From the NCBI GenBank assembly GCA_044233865.1, contig JBIIJK010000001.1, positions 38,465-102,464 on the forward strand: 64,000 nucleotides of DNA, read 5' to 3'. Within the stretch, counting starts at the first letter, position 1; the number at the start of each line of letters is the position of its first letter. This stretch comes from Limnohabitans sp. (GTDB lineage: Bacteria; Pseudomonadota; Gammaproteobacteria; Burkholderiales; Burkholderiaceae_C). Below the pieces are notes generated by a model. The model saw only the letters and a list, made by a program, of their open reading frames with translations, ran no database searches and was not told the DNA's origin. Shown here one piece after another: positions 8,542-18,694 of the stretch. The translations under genes and the position numbers were made by a program.

Positions 8542-8609
8542 CTCTTTTGTCGGGACTTGAATTTTAACGGCCCGACTGGGCCGTGGGGTGCGTAGTACTG
8601 CTTATGGCT

Positions 8610-9503
8610 TTAGAGCATGGCCTTGAGCAAACGGGCCATTTCGGAAGGGTTGCGGGTAATTTTGAAACCGCATTCTTCCATGATGGCCAATTTGGCATCG
8701 GCTGTGTCGGCGCCGCCAGAGATCAAGGCACCGGCGTGGCCCATGCGCTTGCCTGCAGGTGCAGTGACGCCAGCGATAAAGCCCACGATGGGCTTTTTCA
8801 TGTTGTCTTTGCACCAGCGCGCAGCTTCTGCTTCGTCGGGGCCGCCAATTTCACCGATCATGATCACGGCATCGGTGTCTGGGTCGTCGTTGAAAGCGCG
8901 CATCACGTCGATGTGCTTCAAGCCGTTGATAGGGTCGCCACCAATACCGACTGCAGAAGACTGGCCCAGACCGATTTCGGTGAGTTGCGCCACAGCTTCA
9001 TAAGTCAAGGTACCTGAACGAGACACCACGCCAATGCGGCCTTTGCGGTGAATGTGACCGGGCATGATGCCGATCTTGATTTCGTCGGGGGTGATCAAAC
9101 CCGGGCAGTTGGGGCCGAGCAACAAAGTTTTCTTGCCGCCAGCCGCTTCTTTGGCGCGCATGCGATTGCGAATTTCGAGCATGTCACGGACAGGAATGCC
9201 TTCGGTAATGCAAATGGCCAAGTCGAGGTCGGCTTCTACGGCTTCCCAGATGGCTGCGGCTGCGCCTGCGGGCGGCACATAAATCACAGACACCGTGGCG
9301 CCTGTGGTGGAAGCCGCTTCTTTGACGGAGGCGTAAATTGGAATGTTGAAGATGGACTCGCCCGCTTTTTTGGGGTTCACACCTGCAACGAAACAGTTTT
9401 TACCGTTGGCGTACTCTTGGCATTTTTCAGTATGGAACTGACCGGTCTTGCCGGTGATACCTTGGGTAATGACTTTGGTGTCTTTGTTGATAAAGATAGA
9501 CAT
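8610..9503 (-). CDS. sucD: succinyl-CoA ligase subunit alpha
   Basis: 297 aa. MSIFINKDTKVITQGITGKTGQFHT..., the phosphohistidine loop GHAGA, and its position after sucC. Confidence 0.97.
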   Translation of the reverse strand: MSIFINKDTKVITQGITGKTGQFHTEKCQEYANGKNCFVAGVNPKKAGESIFNIPIYASVKEAASTTGATVSVIYVPPAGAAAAIWEAVEADLDLAICITEGIPVRDMLEIRNRMRAKEAAGGKKTLLLGPNCPGLITPDEIKIGIMPGHIHRKGRIGVVSRSGTLTYEAVAQLTEIGLGQSSAVGIGGDPINGLKHIDVMRAFNDDPDTDAVIMIGEIGGPDEAEAARWCKDNMKKPIVGFIAGVTAPAGKRMGHAGALISGGADTADAKLAIMEECGFKITRNPSEMARLLKAML

Positions 9504-9507
9504 GTAA

Positions 9508-10671
<1,164 letters not shown>

Positions 10672-10841
10672 GAGGTTTCTCTCAGAGGGTGGTTATTTTC
10701 ACCAGCCCGTCAGGGCGATTTGCCCTAAACAAGCACTGGACACTTCAGCCGACGACTGTATCATGTTGCAACGCACCAATCTTGAGCCGAGTCACTTACA
10801 TTGATATGACGGCGTCACGAAATTTCTTGGGAGAGCCCTAA

Positions 10842-11765
10842 ATGGCCAAAATATTCATCGATGGCGAAGCTGGAACCACTGGACTGTTGATCCGTGAACG
10901 TCTGCTGGCCATGCCTGAAGTTCAGCTTTTGAGTATTGCACCTGAAAAACGCAAAGATCCAGAAGCCAAGCGTGAGCTCATGTCCCAGGTCGACTTGGTC
11001 ATTTTGTGTCTGCACGATGAAGCCGCCAAGGACTCGGTGGCCATGATCGATGCTTTGGCCGGTCACAAACCCCGCATCATCGATGCCTCCACAGCGCACC
11101 GTGTGAACGACAGCTGGGTCTTTGGCTTCCCTGAAATGCGCGCAGGCCAGCGCGAGGCTGTGGTCAATGCGCAACGCGTCAGCAACCCTGGTTGCTATGC
11201 CTCGGGCGCCATCGCCATTCTGGCCCCTTTGGTCAGTGCCGGAATTTTGCCTTCAGATTTTCCAGTGTCCTTGCCATCAGTGAGTGGTTACTCCGGAGGC
11301 GGACGCACCATGATTGAAGACTATGAAGCAGGCCGCGCACCCTTGCATGAAGCCTATGCTTTGGGCCTGCAGCACAAGCACGTGCCCGAGATCATGAAGT
11401 ACACCGGCCTCACACGCCGCCCCATTTTCTTGCCAGCGGTTGGCAATTTTCGGCAAGGTATGTTGGTCGAGTTGCCTTTGTTTTTAGACGACTTAACAGG
11501 CAAACCCAAAGTGTCTGATGTGTTTGAAGCCATGCGCGCCCACTACGCAAGCAGCCAAAACGAGGGCGGTTGGGTGAGCGTGGTACCTGCAGAAGAAAGC
11601 GGCAAGTTAGGCGCCACAGGCAACAACGATTCCAACAAACTCGAAATTCGGGTGTTCGGAAACGAGACCCACAGGCAGGCCGTGGTGGTTTCTCGCCTAG
11701 ACAACTTGGGCAAAGGCGCGAGCGGCGCCGCCGTCCAAAACCTGAAGCTGATGCTGGGACTCTGA
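10842..11765 (+). CDS. argC: N-acetyl-gamma-glutamyl-phosphate reductase (short, type 2)
   Basis: 307 aa. [21 protein letters not shown] and the active-site region NPGCYASG. Confidence 0.9.
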   Translation: MAKIFIDGEAGTTGLLIRERLLAMPEVQLLSIAPEKRKDPEAKRELMSQVDLVILCLHDEAAKDSVAMIDALAGHKPRIIDASTAHRVNDSWVFGFPEMRAGQREAVVNAQRVSNPGCYASGAIAILAPLVSAGILPSDFPVSLPSVSGYSGGGRTMIEDYEAGRAPLHEAYALGLQHKHVPEIMKYTGLTRRPIFLPAVGNFRQGMLVELPLFLDDLTGKPKVSDVFEAMRAHYASSQNEGGWVSVVPAEESGKLGATGNNDSNKLEIRVFGNETHRQAVVVSRLDNLGKGASGAAVQNLKLMLGL

Positions 11766-11797
11766 GGCGCTTGTCCCGAAACTCAGTGCTACGAAAC

Positions 11798-12271
11798 TTA
11801 GCTTTCGAAGTCTTCGTCGGAGGCGCCAGAAAGTTTCACGACCTTGCGGACGACTTCTGAAGAGAAGCCGCGAGTGAGTAAAAAGCGGTAATGCTTGGCG
11901 CGCGCATTGGCGTCGGCAGCAGGCGTGCCAAACTTGCGCTGCCAAACGCCTTGAGCTCGCGCAAATTCAGAGTCTTTTAAATCGTGCATGGCCTGAGCCA
12001 CTGATTCAGGCGCCAAGCCTTTGGCTTGCAACTCTTGCTTGATGCGCCCATTGCCCAGTTTGCTTGCACGGTGATTGACGACGGACTCTAGAACGCGAGC
12101 TTCATTGATGAAGCCCTTGGCGTGCAAATCGTCTAAAACTTTTGCCAACTCACCTGGCACTTCTTCGTGTGGCGACAGTTTGCGAACCAGCTCAGCCCGT
12201 GAGTGTTCGCGCTGCGACAAAAGCCGCAGCGCACGTCCTTTGAGGGACAACTTAAACCCGGGCTGAGCCAT
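11798..12271 (-). CDS. recX: recombination regulator RecX
   Basis: 157 aa helical-repeat protein immediately downstream of recA. ALRLLSQREHSRAELVRKL is typical of RecX. Confidence 0.88.
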   Translation of the reverse strand: MAQPGFKLSLKGRALRLLSQREHSRAELVRKLSPHEEVPGELAKVLDDLHAKGFINEARVLESVVNHRASKLGNGRIKQELQAKGLAPESVAQAMHDLKDSEFARAQGVWQRKFGTPAADANARAKHYRFLLTRGFSSEVVRKVVKLSGASDEDFES

Positions 12272-12316
12272 TGATCAAGGAGCGCAACTGTGGAAAAGAC
12301 TTAGCAACGCATTTCA

Positions 12317-13345
12317 TTAAGCCGCGTTAACCGCTTCGGCCAGTAAAGGGATGCCCAAAGATTCGCGAACTTTGTTTTCAATTTCGGCGGCCAGTTCTGC
12401 GTTTTCGCGCAGAAACTCACGGGCGTTGTCGCGGCCTTGGCCAATTTTTTCGCCGTTGTAGGCATACCAAGCACCCGACTTATCGATGATTTTGGCTTCG
12501 ACGCCCATGTCGATGATCTCGCCATGGCGGCTGATGCCTTCGCCAAACAAAATGTCGAATTCGGCTGTTTTGAAGGGCGGCGCCACTTTGTTTTTAACCA
12601 CCTTGACCTTGGTCTCGTTGCCAATGGCCTCGTCGCCGCGCTTGATGGTGCCGGTACGGCGAATGTCTAAGCGAACAGAGGCGTAGAACTTGAGGGCATT
12701 GCCGCCGGTGGTGGTTTCGGGGGAGCCGAACATGACGCCAATCTTCATGCGGATTTGGTTGATGAAGATCACCATGCAATTGGTTTTCTTGATCGTGGCG
12801 GTGAGCTTGCGCAAAGCTTGGCTCATGAGGCGTGCTTGCAGGCCAGGCAGTGAGTCGCCCATGTCGCCTTCGAGTTCGGCTTTGGGGGTGAGCGCGGCCA
12901 CAGAGTCGATGACGACCAAGTCGACGGCGCCTGAGCGGACCAAGCTGTCGACAATTTCAAGGGCTTGCTCGCCAGTGTCGGGTTGGCTGATGAGCAGGTC
13001 TTGCAAGTTGACGCCCAGTTTTTGGGCATATTGGATGTCCAGGGCGTGCTCGGCATCGACGAAGGCGCATTGGCCGCCCACTTTTTGCATTTCGGCAATC
13101 ACTTGCAAGGTGAGGGTGGTTTTGCCAGAGGACTCTGGGCCGTATATTTCAACGACGCGCCCGCGAGGCAAACCGCCAACGCCCAAGGCGATGTCAAGGC
13201 CCAAAGAGCCGGTAGACACCACTTGGATGTCTTCGATGACTTCGCCTTCGCCCAAACGCATGATAGTGCCTTTGCCGAATTGTTTTTCAATTTGGGCCAA
13301 GGCTGCTTGCAGGGCTTTGGTTCTGTCGCTGTTTTGCTCGCTCAT
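12317..13345 (-). CDS. recA: recombinase RecA
   Basis: Has the Walker A motif [10 protein letters not shown] and matches the RecA core throughout. I prefer the ATG at 13345, preceded by AGGAG, over the listed 13366 start. Confidence 0.98.
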   Translation of the reverse strand: MSEQNSDRTKALQAALAQIEKQFGKGTIMRLGEGEVIEDIQVVSTGSLGLDIALGVGGLPRGRVVEIYGPESSGKTTLTLQVIAEMQKVGGQCAFVDAEHALDIQYAQKLGVNLQDLLISQPDTGEQALEIVDSLVRSGAVDLVVIDSVAALTPKAELEGDMGDSLPGLQARLMSQALRKLTATIKKTNCMVIFINQIRMKIGVMFGSPETTTGGNALKFYASVRLDIRRTGTIKRGDEAIGNETKVKVVKNKVAPPFKTAEFDILFGEGISRHGEIIDMGVEAKIIDKSGAWYAYNGEKIGQGRDNAREFLRENAELAAEIENKVRESLGIPLLAEAVNAA

Positions 13346-13402
13346 GAAAATCTCCTTGAGAATCAACGGGTTAAAAAGTTTGCACTCAGAATGTTGATCA
13401 AA

Positions 13403-13422
13403 GACTGGATGCTTGAACAGTA
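13403..13422. promoter_or_regulatory. candidate LexA (SOS) box upstream of recA
   Basis: gACTGGatgcttgaACAGTA is CTGG-N8-ACAG, one core mismatch from the CTGT-N8-ACAG consensus used in beta/gammaproteobacteria. It lies about 60 nt upstream of the recA ATG. Confidence 0.4.
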
Positions 13423-13485
13423 CTGTAAACGCATTGTCTCAGGCAGTAAATAGATTTTTTAGTCAGTTTGCTTTACTATTAGCAA

Positions 13486-14004
13486 ATGCCAGTCAATGAC
13501 AGTTCAGCGCCGAATTTAGAGCCCAGAGATGCGCTGACGGTCGCTTTGGACGATCGCTGGCGTGAGACCCATTTGGGTCGCCTACTAGGGCATGCAATGC
13601 GCAGATTTGATGCGCGCGTTTTGAGCCTGATGGCCAACAACGACCAAGTGCCATTGGCCCTGTCCAACTTGGCGGCCAGAGATCAAATCAGTGCAGCCCA
13701 CATTCACATCACGCGCCATTTGTCGCTGCAGGGTTCAAGGCTGACAGAACTGGCGCAAGCGGCCGGCATGAGCAAGCAAGCCATGGGCAATTTGGTGAAC
13801 CAATGCGAAGCATGGGGCTTGGTCAAAAGAGAAAGTGACTCAAGAGATGCCAGGGCCAGGCAGGTCGTTTTTACGCCAGCAGGCTTGGCATGGTTGGCCG
13901 CATTTCAAATGGCTGTTGCACAGGCGGAAGAAGAGTTCAAGGCCTCAGTGGGCAACGAAGTTGCAACAGTCGTCGCGCTTGGATTAGAAGCCTATTGCAT
14001 GTGA
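13486..14004 (+). CDS. MarR family transcriptional regulator
   Basis: 172 aa with a winged-helix segment (ITRHLSLQGSRLTELAQAAGMSKQAMGNLVNQCEAWGLVKRE..DSRDARARQVVFT). Confidence 0.85.
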   Translation: MPVNDSSAPNLEPRDALTVALDDRWRETHLGRLLGHAMRRFDARVLSLMANNDQVPLALSNLAARDQISAAHIHITRHLSLQGSRLTELAQAAGMSKQAMGNLVNQCEAWGLVKRESDSRDARARQVVFTPAGLAWLAAFQMAVAQAEEEFKASVGNEVATVVALGLEAYCM

Positions 14005-14150
14005 GGCGTTTGCCAAATGGCAAGGCGCATGAAAGCAAACTTAGCACCTGAAGAAAGAATCGACTGCAAAGACCCAGAGTCGCCTAAAATTTGTGCCAGA
14101 CCCTCACAGGGCCTCGCAAAGCCGTTCAATGGCAAAAGCAGGAGACGAAG

Positions 14151-14825
14151 ATGCGTATTTTGATTGCAGAAGACGATCAGGTATTGGCCGATGGCTTGTT
14201 GAGAACCTTGCGCAGCAGTGGCGCCGCAGTGGACCATGTGGCCAGCGGTTCAGAGGCCGATGCGGCCCTCATGACCAACAGCGAATTTGATTTGCTCATT
14301 TTGGATTTGGGCTTGCCCAAAATGCACGGCTTAGAGGTTTTGAAAAAGTTGCGCTCACGGGGTTCTACGCTACCCGTTTTGATTCTGACCGCAGCCGACA
14401 GCGTGGAAGAGCGAGTCAAAGGCTTGGACTACGGCGCAGACGATTACATGGCCAAGCCCTTTAGCTTGCAAGAACTTGAAGCGCGGGTGCGAGCACTGAC
14501 ACGCCGCGGTATGGGTGGGGCCAGTTCACAAATCAAACATGGGCCATTGATCTATGACCAATCTGGCCGTGTGGCCACAATTGACGGCAAGATGGTCGAG
14601 CTCTCGGCGCGTGAATTGGGCTTGCTTGAAGTCTTGCTGCAGCGCGCGGGACGTTTGGTCAGCAAAGACCAATTGGTCGAGCGATTGTGCGAGTGGGGTG
14701 AAGAGGTGAGCAACAATGCCATTGAGGTGTACATCCATCGCCTGCGCAAAAAAATTGAAAAGGGTCCTATTCGCATTGCAACCGTGCGGGGACTGGGTTA
14801 TTGCCTTGAAAAAATACCAGGATAA
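14151..14825 (+). CDS. OmpR-family response regulator (TctD/QseB-like)
   Basis: MRILIAEDDQVLADGL..., the receiver Asp in LLILDLGLP, and a C-terminal winged helix (VYIHRLRKKI...TVRGLGY). The ATG at 14151 is preceded by AGGAG. Confidence 0.93.
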   Translation: MRILIAEDDQVLADGLLRTLRSSGAAVDHVASGSEADAALMTNSEFDLLILDLGLPKMHGLEVLKKLRSRGSTLPVLILTAADSVEERVKGLDYGADDYMAKPFSLQELEARVRALTRRGMGGASSQIKHGPLIYDQSGRVATIDGKMVELSARELGLLEVLLQRAGRLVSKDQLVERLCEWGEEVSNNAIEVYIHRLRKKIEKGPIRIATVRGLGYCLEKIPG

Positions 14826-14849
14826 CGGTGCCTTGAACACCGTGGGTGA

Positions 14850-16322
14850 ATGAGCCGTAAAAATTGGCAAGTGTCTTTTTTTCGCCGCGAACAGCGCTCG
14901 TTGTTTGGCGAAATTTTGGATTGGATGCTCACCCCACTTCTGCTGTTATGGCCAGTGAGCTTGGCGCTCACTTGGTTGGTGGCGCAGGGGCTTGCCAACA
15001 AACCGTTTGACCGCGCCTTGGTCTACAACGTCCAAGCGCTTGCGCAGTTGGTCAAGCTAAGCCCCGATCAACAACGCATTCAATTTAACTTACCCCAGCC
15101 TGCCAGCGAATTGCTGCGTGCCGATGATGCCGACTTGGTGTATTACCAAGTGATTGGACCCAAAGGCGAGCTGCTTGGAGGCGATCGCGATTTGCCGCAA
15201 CCTCAAGACGAGGAAAAACTGGGCAGCTACGATGTCAAAATCCGCGACGATGAAATGCGCAGCCTAGAGGTTCGGGTGGCCTACACATGGGTTCAGTTAA
15301 CTTCTGAAAAGTCGACCTCAGAATTAGGCTCTGTCCTTGTTCAAGTGGCTGAAACTCGAGAAAAAAGATCAGTCTTGGCCACTGAAATTATCAAAGGCGT
15401 CATGCTGCCTCAGTTTGCAATATTGCCCCTGGCTGTCTTGCTGGTTTGGTTGGCTTTGGTCCGCGGCATCAAGCCACTGTCGGAATTGGAAGAGCGCATA
15501 CGCGCCAGAAAATCCGATGACCTGAGTCCTTTGGATGAAAAAACAGTGCCATTGGAAGTGGCCCCGCTGGTGTCCTCAGTGAATGATTTATTACGTCGAT
15601 TAAAAGAGTCGATAGGCACTCAAAAAAGATTTTTAGCCGACGCGGCCCACCAATTGAAAACACCCCTTGCCGGTTTGCGCATGCAAGCTGACTTGGCGCA
15701 AAGAAAAGAAGCTGGAGAAGAAGAGTTAAAACAGTCGCTGCAACAAATTGGTCGCGCGAGTGTGCAAGCTACGCACACCGTCAATCAACTGTTGTCACTG
15801 GCTCGGGCAGAAGGCGCTGGGTCCATAGACTTGCAATCGTGTGACATGGCGGCCTTGATCAGCGAGGTGCTCAATGACTCATTGCCACACGCCATGGAAA
15901 AGGGTTTGGACCTGGGTTATGACGGCGTCGACACAGCTAAAAAACGGCGCTTTTTGACCTTGCAAGGCAACCCGACGCTGCTCAAAGAGATGATTCGAAA
16001 TTTGGTTGACAACGCCATTCATTACACCCCTAGCACCCCCGAGCGAATAGGCGTCATTACAGTGCGCCTTTTGTTAGACCCCTACAGTCAAGCCTTGGCC
16101 GTACAAGTGGAAGACAACGGTCCTGGCATCAGCGCGGCCGAAAGAGAGCGGGTGTTTGAACCCTTTTATCGAGCCTTAGGAACCAATGTAGATGGCTCTG
16201 GCTTGGGCTTGCCCATTGTGCGAGAAATTGCAAAGCGCCATGGCGCCACTGTGACGGTTGAAATGGCACACCCCGGACAGACGCCCCCTGGCGCTTGTTT
16301 CACCATTCGCTTTTCGCGCTAA
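14850..16322 (+). CDS. sensor histidine kinase (TctE-like N-terminal sensor domain)
   Basis: Two TM segments, an H-box FLADAAHQLKTPL, an N-box NLVDNAIHYT, and a G-box DNGPGI...GSGLGL. Confidence 0.92.
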   Translation: MSRKNWQVSFFRREQRSLFGEILDWMLTPLLLLWPVSLALTWLVAQGLANKPFDRALVYNVQALAQLVKLSPDQQRIQFNLPQPASELLRADDADLVYYQVIGPKGELLGGDRDLPQPQDEEKLGSYDVKIRDDEMRSLEVRVAYTWVQLTSEKSTSELGSVLVQVAETREKRSVLATEIIKGVMLPQFAILPLAVLLVWLALVRGIKPLSELEERIRARKSDDLSPLDEKTVPLEVAPLVSSVNDLLRRLKESIGTQKRFLADAAHQLKTPLAGLRMQADLAQRKEAGEEELKQSLQQIGRASVQATHTVNQLLSLARAEGAGSIDLQSCDMAALISEVLNDSLPHAMEKGLDLGYDGVDTAKKRRFLTLQGNPTLLKEMIRNLVDNAIHYTPSTPERIGVITVRLLLDPYSQALAVQVEDNGPGISAAERERVFEPFYRALGTNVDGSGLGLPIVREIAKRHGATVTVEMAHPGQTPPGACFTIRFSR

Positions 16323-16347
16323 CTTTGAACTAAAAGCAAAAAAGACT

Positions 16348-16998
16348 TTAGCCTTTGAACAAGTTCAACTGAAGCCGTTCACGCTCGATCACCACAGAGA
16401 CAGCCTGGTCAGCCGCAACCCTTTGAACGTGTGCCCACAATAAAGCGTAAGAGCTAGGGTTGATGCCGGCGATAGAACCCCATCGAGTGAGCGTCAGCGC
16501 ATAGGCATCCAAGGGCCCGAGGTGATCGCCCGATAACCATGCAGATGGTGCTTTGGCGCTCACGAAACTTTCCAATTCAGACAGCAAGCCTTTGTAAGTT
16601 TGCGTGTTGAACGCTTTCAAGTTGGCTTGAACGTCTGCTTGATCGCTGAACTTTTGCGGCATGAAGATGTGTGTGAACGTGGGATGAACGGTGTTGTTCA
16701 TCCAGGCCAAAGTTTCAATGGCCTTGGCCCTAGCCATGGGCGATGTTGGCAAAAACTGCGCGGCAGGAAACTTTTGATCGAGGTGCAAAACGATGGCCAA
16801 AATCTGTGTCACCACCTGTCCATCGTCAACCAGCACCGGAACCTGACCGCGAGGATTGATGGCCTGATAGTCGGCTTCGTGTTGCTCACCTTTGTGCAAC
16901 TTGACCATGATGGGCTCGTATTCGGCGCCGGCCCGTTGCAACATGCAATGGGGCACAAATGAACAAGCGCCTGGCGCAAAATAAAGTTTCAAGCTCAT
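16348..16998 (-). CDS. glutathione S-transferase
   Basis: 216 aa. The N-terminal thioredoxin-like part reads KLYFAPGACSFVPH...NPRGQVPVL. Its start overlaps the stop of the upstream small ORF (ATGA). Confidence 0.85.
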   Translation of the reverse strand: MSLKLYFAPGACSFVPHCMLQRAGAEYEPIMVKLHKGEQHEADYQAINPRGQVPVLVDDGQVVTQILAIVLHLDQKFPAAQFLPTSPMARAKAIETLAWMNNTVHPTFTHIFMPQKFSDQADVQANLKAFNTQTYKGLLSELESFVSAKAPSAWLSGDHLGPLDAYALTLTRWGSIAGINPSSYALLWAHVQRVAADQAVSVVIERERLQLNLFKG

Positions 16999-17177
16999 GA
17001 GATTTTCCTCGTGATGATCACGTTGTCGGGCTGGATCTGTTGCAAAGTGCGCGAGGGTTCACGCGCACTTTCAGGCGCGAAACCCCAGGCTTCAAAGAGG
17101 CCATCGCGCCAACCATACAACAGCGCATTTGACAGCATCAAGACCAGAATCAACCATCGCAATTTCAAGTGTTTCAT
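16995..17177 (-). CDS. small membrane protein (60 aa)
   Basis: Has a single TM segment (LRWLILVLMLSNALLYGW). ATGA start/stop overlaps with birA upstream and the GST gene downstream argue for real translation. Confidence 0.5.
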   Translation of the reverse strand: MKHLKLRWLILVLMLSNALLYGWRDGLFEAWGFAPESAREPSRTLQQIQPDNVIITRKIS

Positions 17178-17947
17178 TTTGGCCGAACACTCACTTCTGC
17201 GCTACTGACTTTCACTCGACCTTTGGGCGTGTCAATTTGCATGGCGCCTTGATCGTCCACGCCAGCACACAAACCGACCAGCCCATCGCTGGTTGCGACG
17301 TCCAAACCGCAAAGTGCGTCGCGCGCATTGAAGCGTTCTTGTAAGGGGCTGAAGCCGTTTGCTTCAAAGCTTCTCAAAGCGTCTAGCAAGGGCTTCACAA
17401 CGCGTTCTAAAGCCAAGGGCGCGCTGACGCCTTGCCAAAACTCAGAGAGAGCCGCAGGAGGCGCTCGGAGGTCTTTGTTGGCGGGCCGTTGGATGTTCAA
17501 GCCGATGCCGATCACGGCATAGCTTTGGTCGCCTTGGCTGGCGGCCTCAATCAAGATGCCGCCGAGCTTTCTTTGATGGCACCACAAGTCATTGGGCCAC
17601 TTGAGTTGGATGTCCTCACCCAGCGACTCAGCCAAGCTGAGCCCGACAGCCAGCGAAAGACCGGACCAATTGCTGGGGTGGTAGGGCAAGCCGATGGAAA
17701 AAGTAAGTGCATGCCCAGGCTCGCCAACCCAAGCGCGCCCTTGACGTCCGCGCCCTGCCGATTGGCGCTCTGCGAGCAACAAAATAGGATCGAGGCAGCC
17801 TTGTCGGGCACGCCGCATCAGTTCGCTGTTGGTGGAGTCAATCTCTGGCAGGATCTCGATGCTGAATCCTGGCCATTGCGGTACCACGGACTGCCAGATG
17901 GCTTCCGCGGGCCAGCGTTGATGGGGAGCCCCAGAGTTCAATGTCAC
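17174..17947 (-). CDS. birA: biotin--[acetyl-CoA-carboxylase] ligase
   Basis: 257 aa with the GRGRQGR(AW) biotin-binding motif. There is no N-terminal HTH domain, so it looks like a group I ligase. Confidence 0.9.
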   Translation of the reverse strand: MTLNSGAPHQRWPAEAIWQSVVPQWPGFSIEILPEIDSTNSELMRRARQGCLDPILLLAERQSAGRGRQGRAWVGEPGHALTFSIGLPYHPSNWSGLSLAVGLSLAESLGEDIQLKWPNDLWCHQRKLGGILIEAASQGDQSYAVIGIGLNIQRPANKDLRAPPAALSEFWQGVSAPLALERVVKPLLDALRSFEANGFSPLQERFNARDALCGLDVATSDGLVGLCAGVDDQGAMQIDTPKGRVKVSSAEVSVRPK

Positions 17948-17968
17948 CTCAATTCAGTTCTGTACCGA

Positions 17969-18592
17969 TCAGGCCGCTTTTTTCTTCACGATCTTCAGCT
18001 CTTTTTTGAGCTTCTTGATTTTCTTTTCAATCTTTTTGATTTGGCTGGGAATCTTGGGGGTGGCGGGTCTGCGTTTGGGGGCCAGCAAAGTTTTGCGGCA
18101 ATTGACACTGCCACACCAGCAGGGGTATTCCGCCTTCAGCTTAGGCGTGTAGGGCTCGTCAATGATCAAGCCATAGTCGTAATTGAGCTCTTCCCCGGCC
18201 TTGATGTTGCGCAGGGCCTTGATGTAGATGCGGTCATTTTCTTCATCGGCCTCGCAATTAGGGTTGCAGCTGTGATTGATCCACCTCGAAGAGTTGCCGC
18301 CATGCAAAGCGTCAATGACCCTGTCTTCGTTCACATGGAAATAAAAGGTGTGGTTGGGGTCTGCGGGGTCGTGAGGGTGGCGGTCTTGCGCTTCATCCCA
18401 GCTGATGATCTCACCCACATACTCGTACAAGGTCTCGCCTTCTGCAATGTCTATAAGTGCAAATACACCTTTGCCGTGCACACCAGAGCGACGCACCTGC
18501 ACCCGACGGCCTGCCCCAGGAGGGGTCAATGACTTGACCTTGGCCGCGGGCTTTAAACTTGATTTTGTCGACAGATGAGTTTTTTTGACCAC
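17969..18592 (-). CDS. SET domain protein-lysine methyltransferase with Lys-rich N- and C-terminal tails
   Basis: GTG start. The SET core reads GKGVFA...GETLYEYVGE...RWINHSCNPNC...GEELNYDY, followed by a post-SET-like CWCGSVNCRK. The tail is KKIEKKIKKLKKELKIVKKKAA. Confidence 0.88.
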   Translation of the reverse strand: MVKKTHLSTKSSLKPAAKVKSLTPPGAGRRVQVRRSGVHGKGVFALIDIAEGETLYEYVGEIISWDEAQDRHPHDPADPNHTFYFHVNEDRVIDALHGGNSSRWINHSCNPNCEADEENDRIYIKALRNIKAGEELNYDYGLIIDEPYTPKLKAEYPCWCGSVNCRKTLLAPKRRPATPKIPSQIKKIEKKIKKLKKELKIVKKKAA

Positions 18593-18620
18593 GGCGTGAA
18601 AAATTTGTTATTGTGAAAAC

Positions 18621-18677
18621 ATGTGGGCGCGCGTGTGCGCGTGCCCGTGTGTGTACACGTGCGCATGCGCGCACGCG
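18621..18677. repeat. alternating purine-pyrimidine (CG/TG) tract in the divergent SET/topB promoter region
   Basis: 18627-18644 is 18 nt of perfect RY alternation. 18646-18677 is 32 nt of perfect YR alternation (CGTGTGTGTACACGTGCGCATGCGCGCACGCG). Nested palindromes are GTGTACAC, CACGTG and GCGCATGCGC. Confidence 0.9.
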
Positions 18678-18694
18678 AGACCGGATTGTATGAG

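Noticed and set aside
8490-8609. Possible yybP-ykoY (Mn) riboswitch upstream of the TerC-family gene, and likewise upstream of the UPF0016 gene at 47512-47631
   Set aside because: I reverse-complemented both leaders and found none of the conserved yybP-ykoY sequence blocks. The first region is better explained by the sucD terminator hairpins and the second by the amt promoter and leader.
12690-13397. 235-aa plus-strand ORF, plus other antisense ORFs such as 26081-26821, 28565-29140, 8583-9017 and 9048-9527
   Set aside because: Each is fully contained antisense to a strongly supported gene (recA, pepP, maeB, sucD). The compositions are typical of shadow frames.
14010-14023. Inverted repeat TTGCCA-aa-TGGCAA just after the marR stop
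   Set aside because: The loop is too short for a terminator hairpin and there is no T-run. It could be a protein site, but there is no supporting context.
17432-18532. 366-aa plus-strand ORF
   Set aside because: It runs antisense across birA and the SET gene, both of which have clear family motifs. The translation has no recognisable domain.
18623-18694. N-terminal extension of topB (MGARVRVPVCVHVRMRARETGLYE)
   Set aside because: This is a by-product of translating the alternating CG/TG tract. The conserved TOPRIM N-terminus begins at the ATG at 18695.
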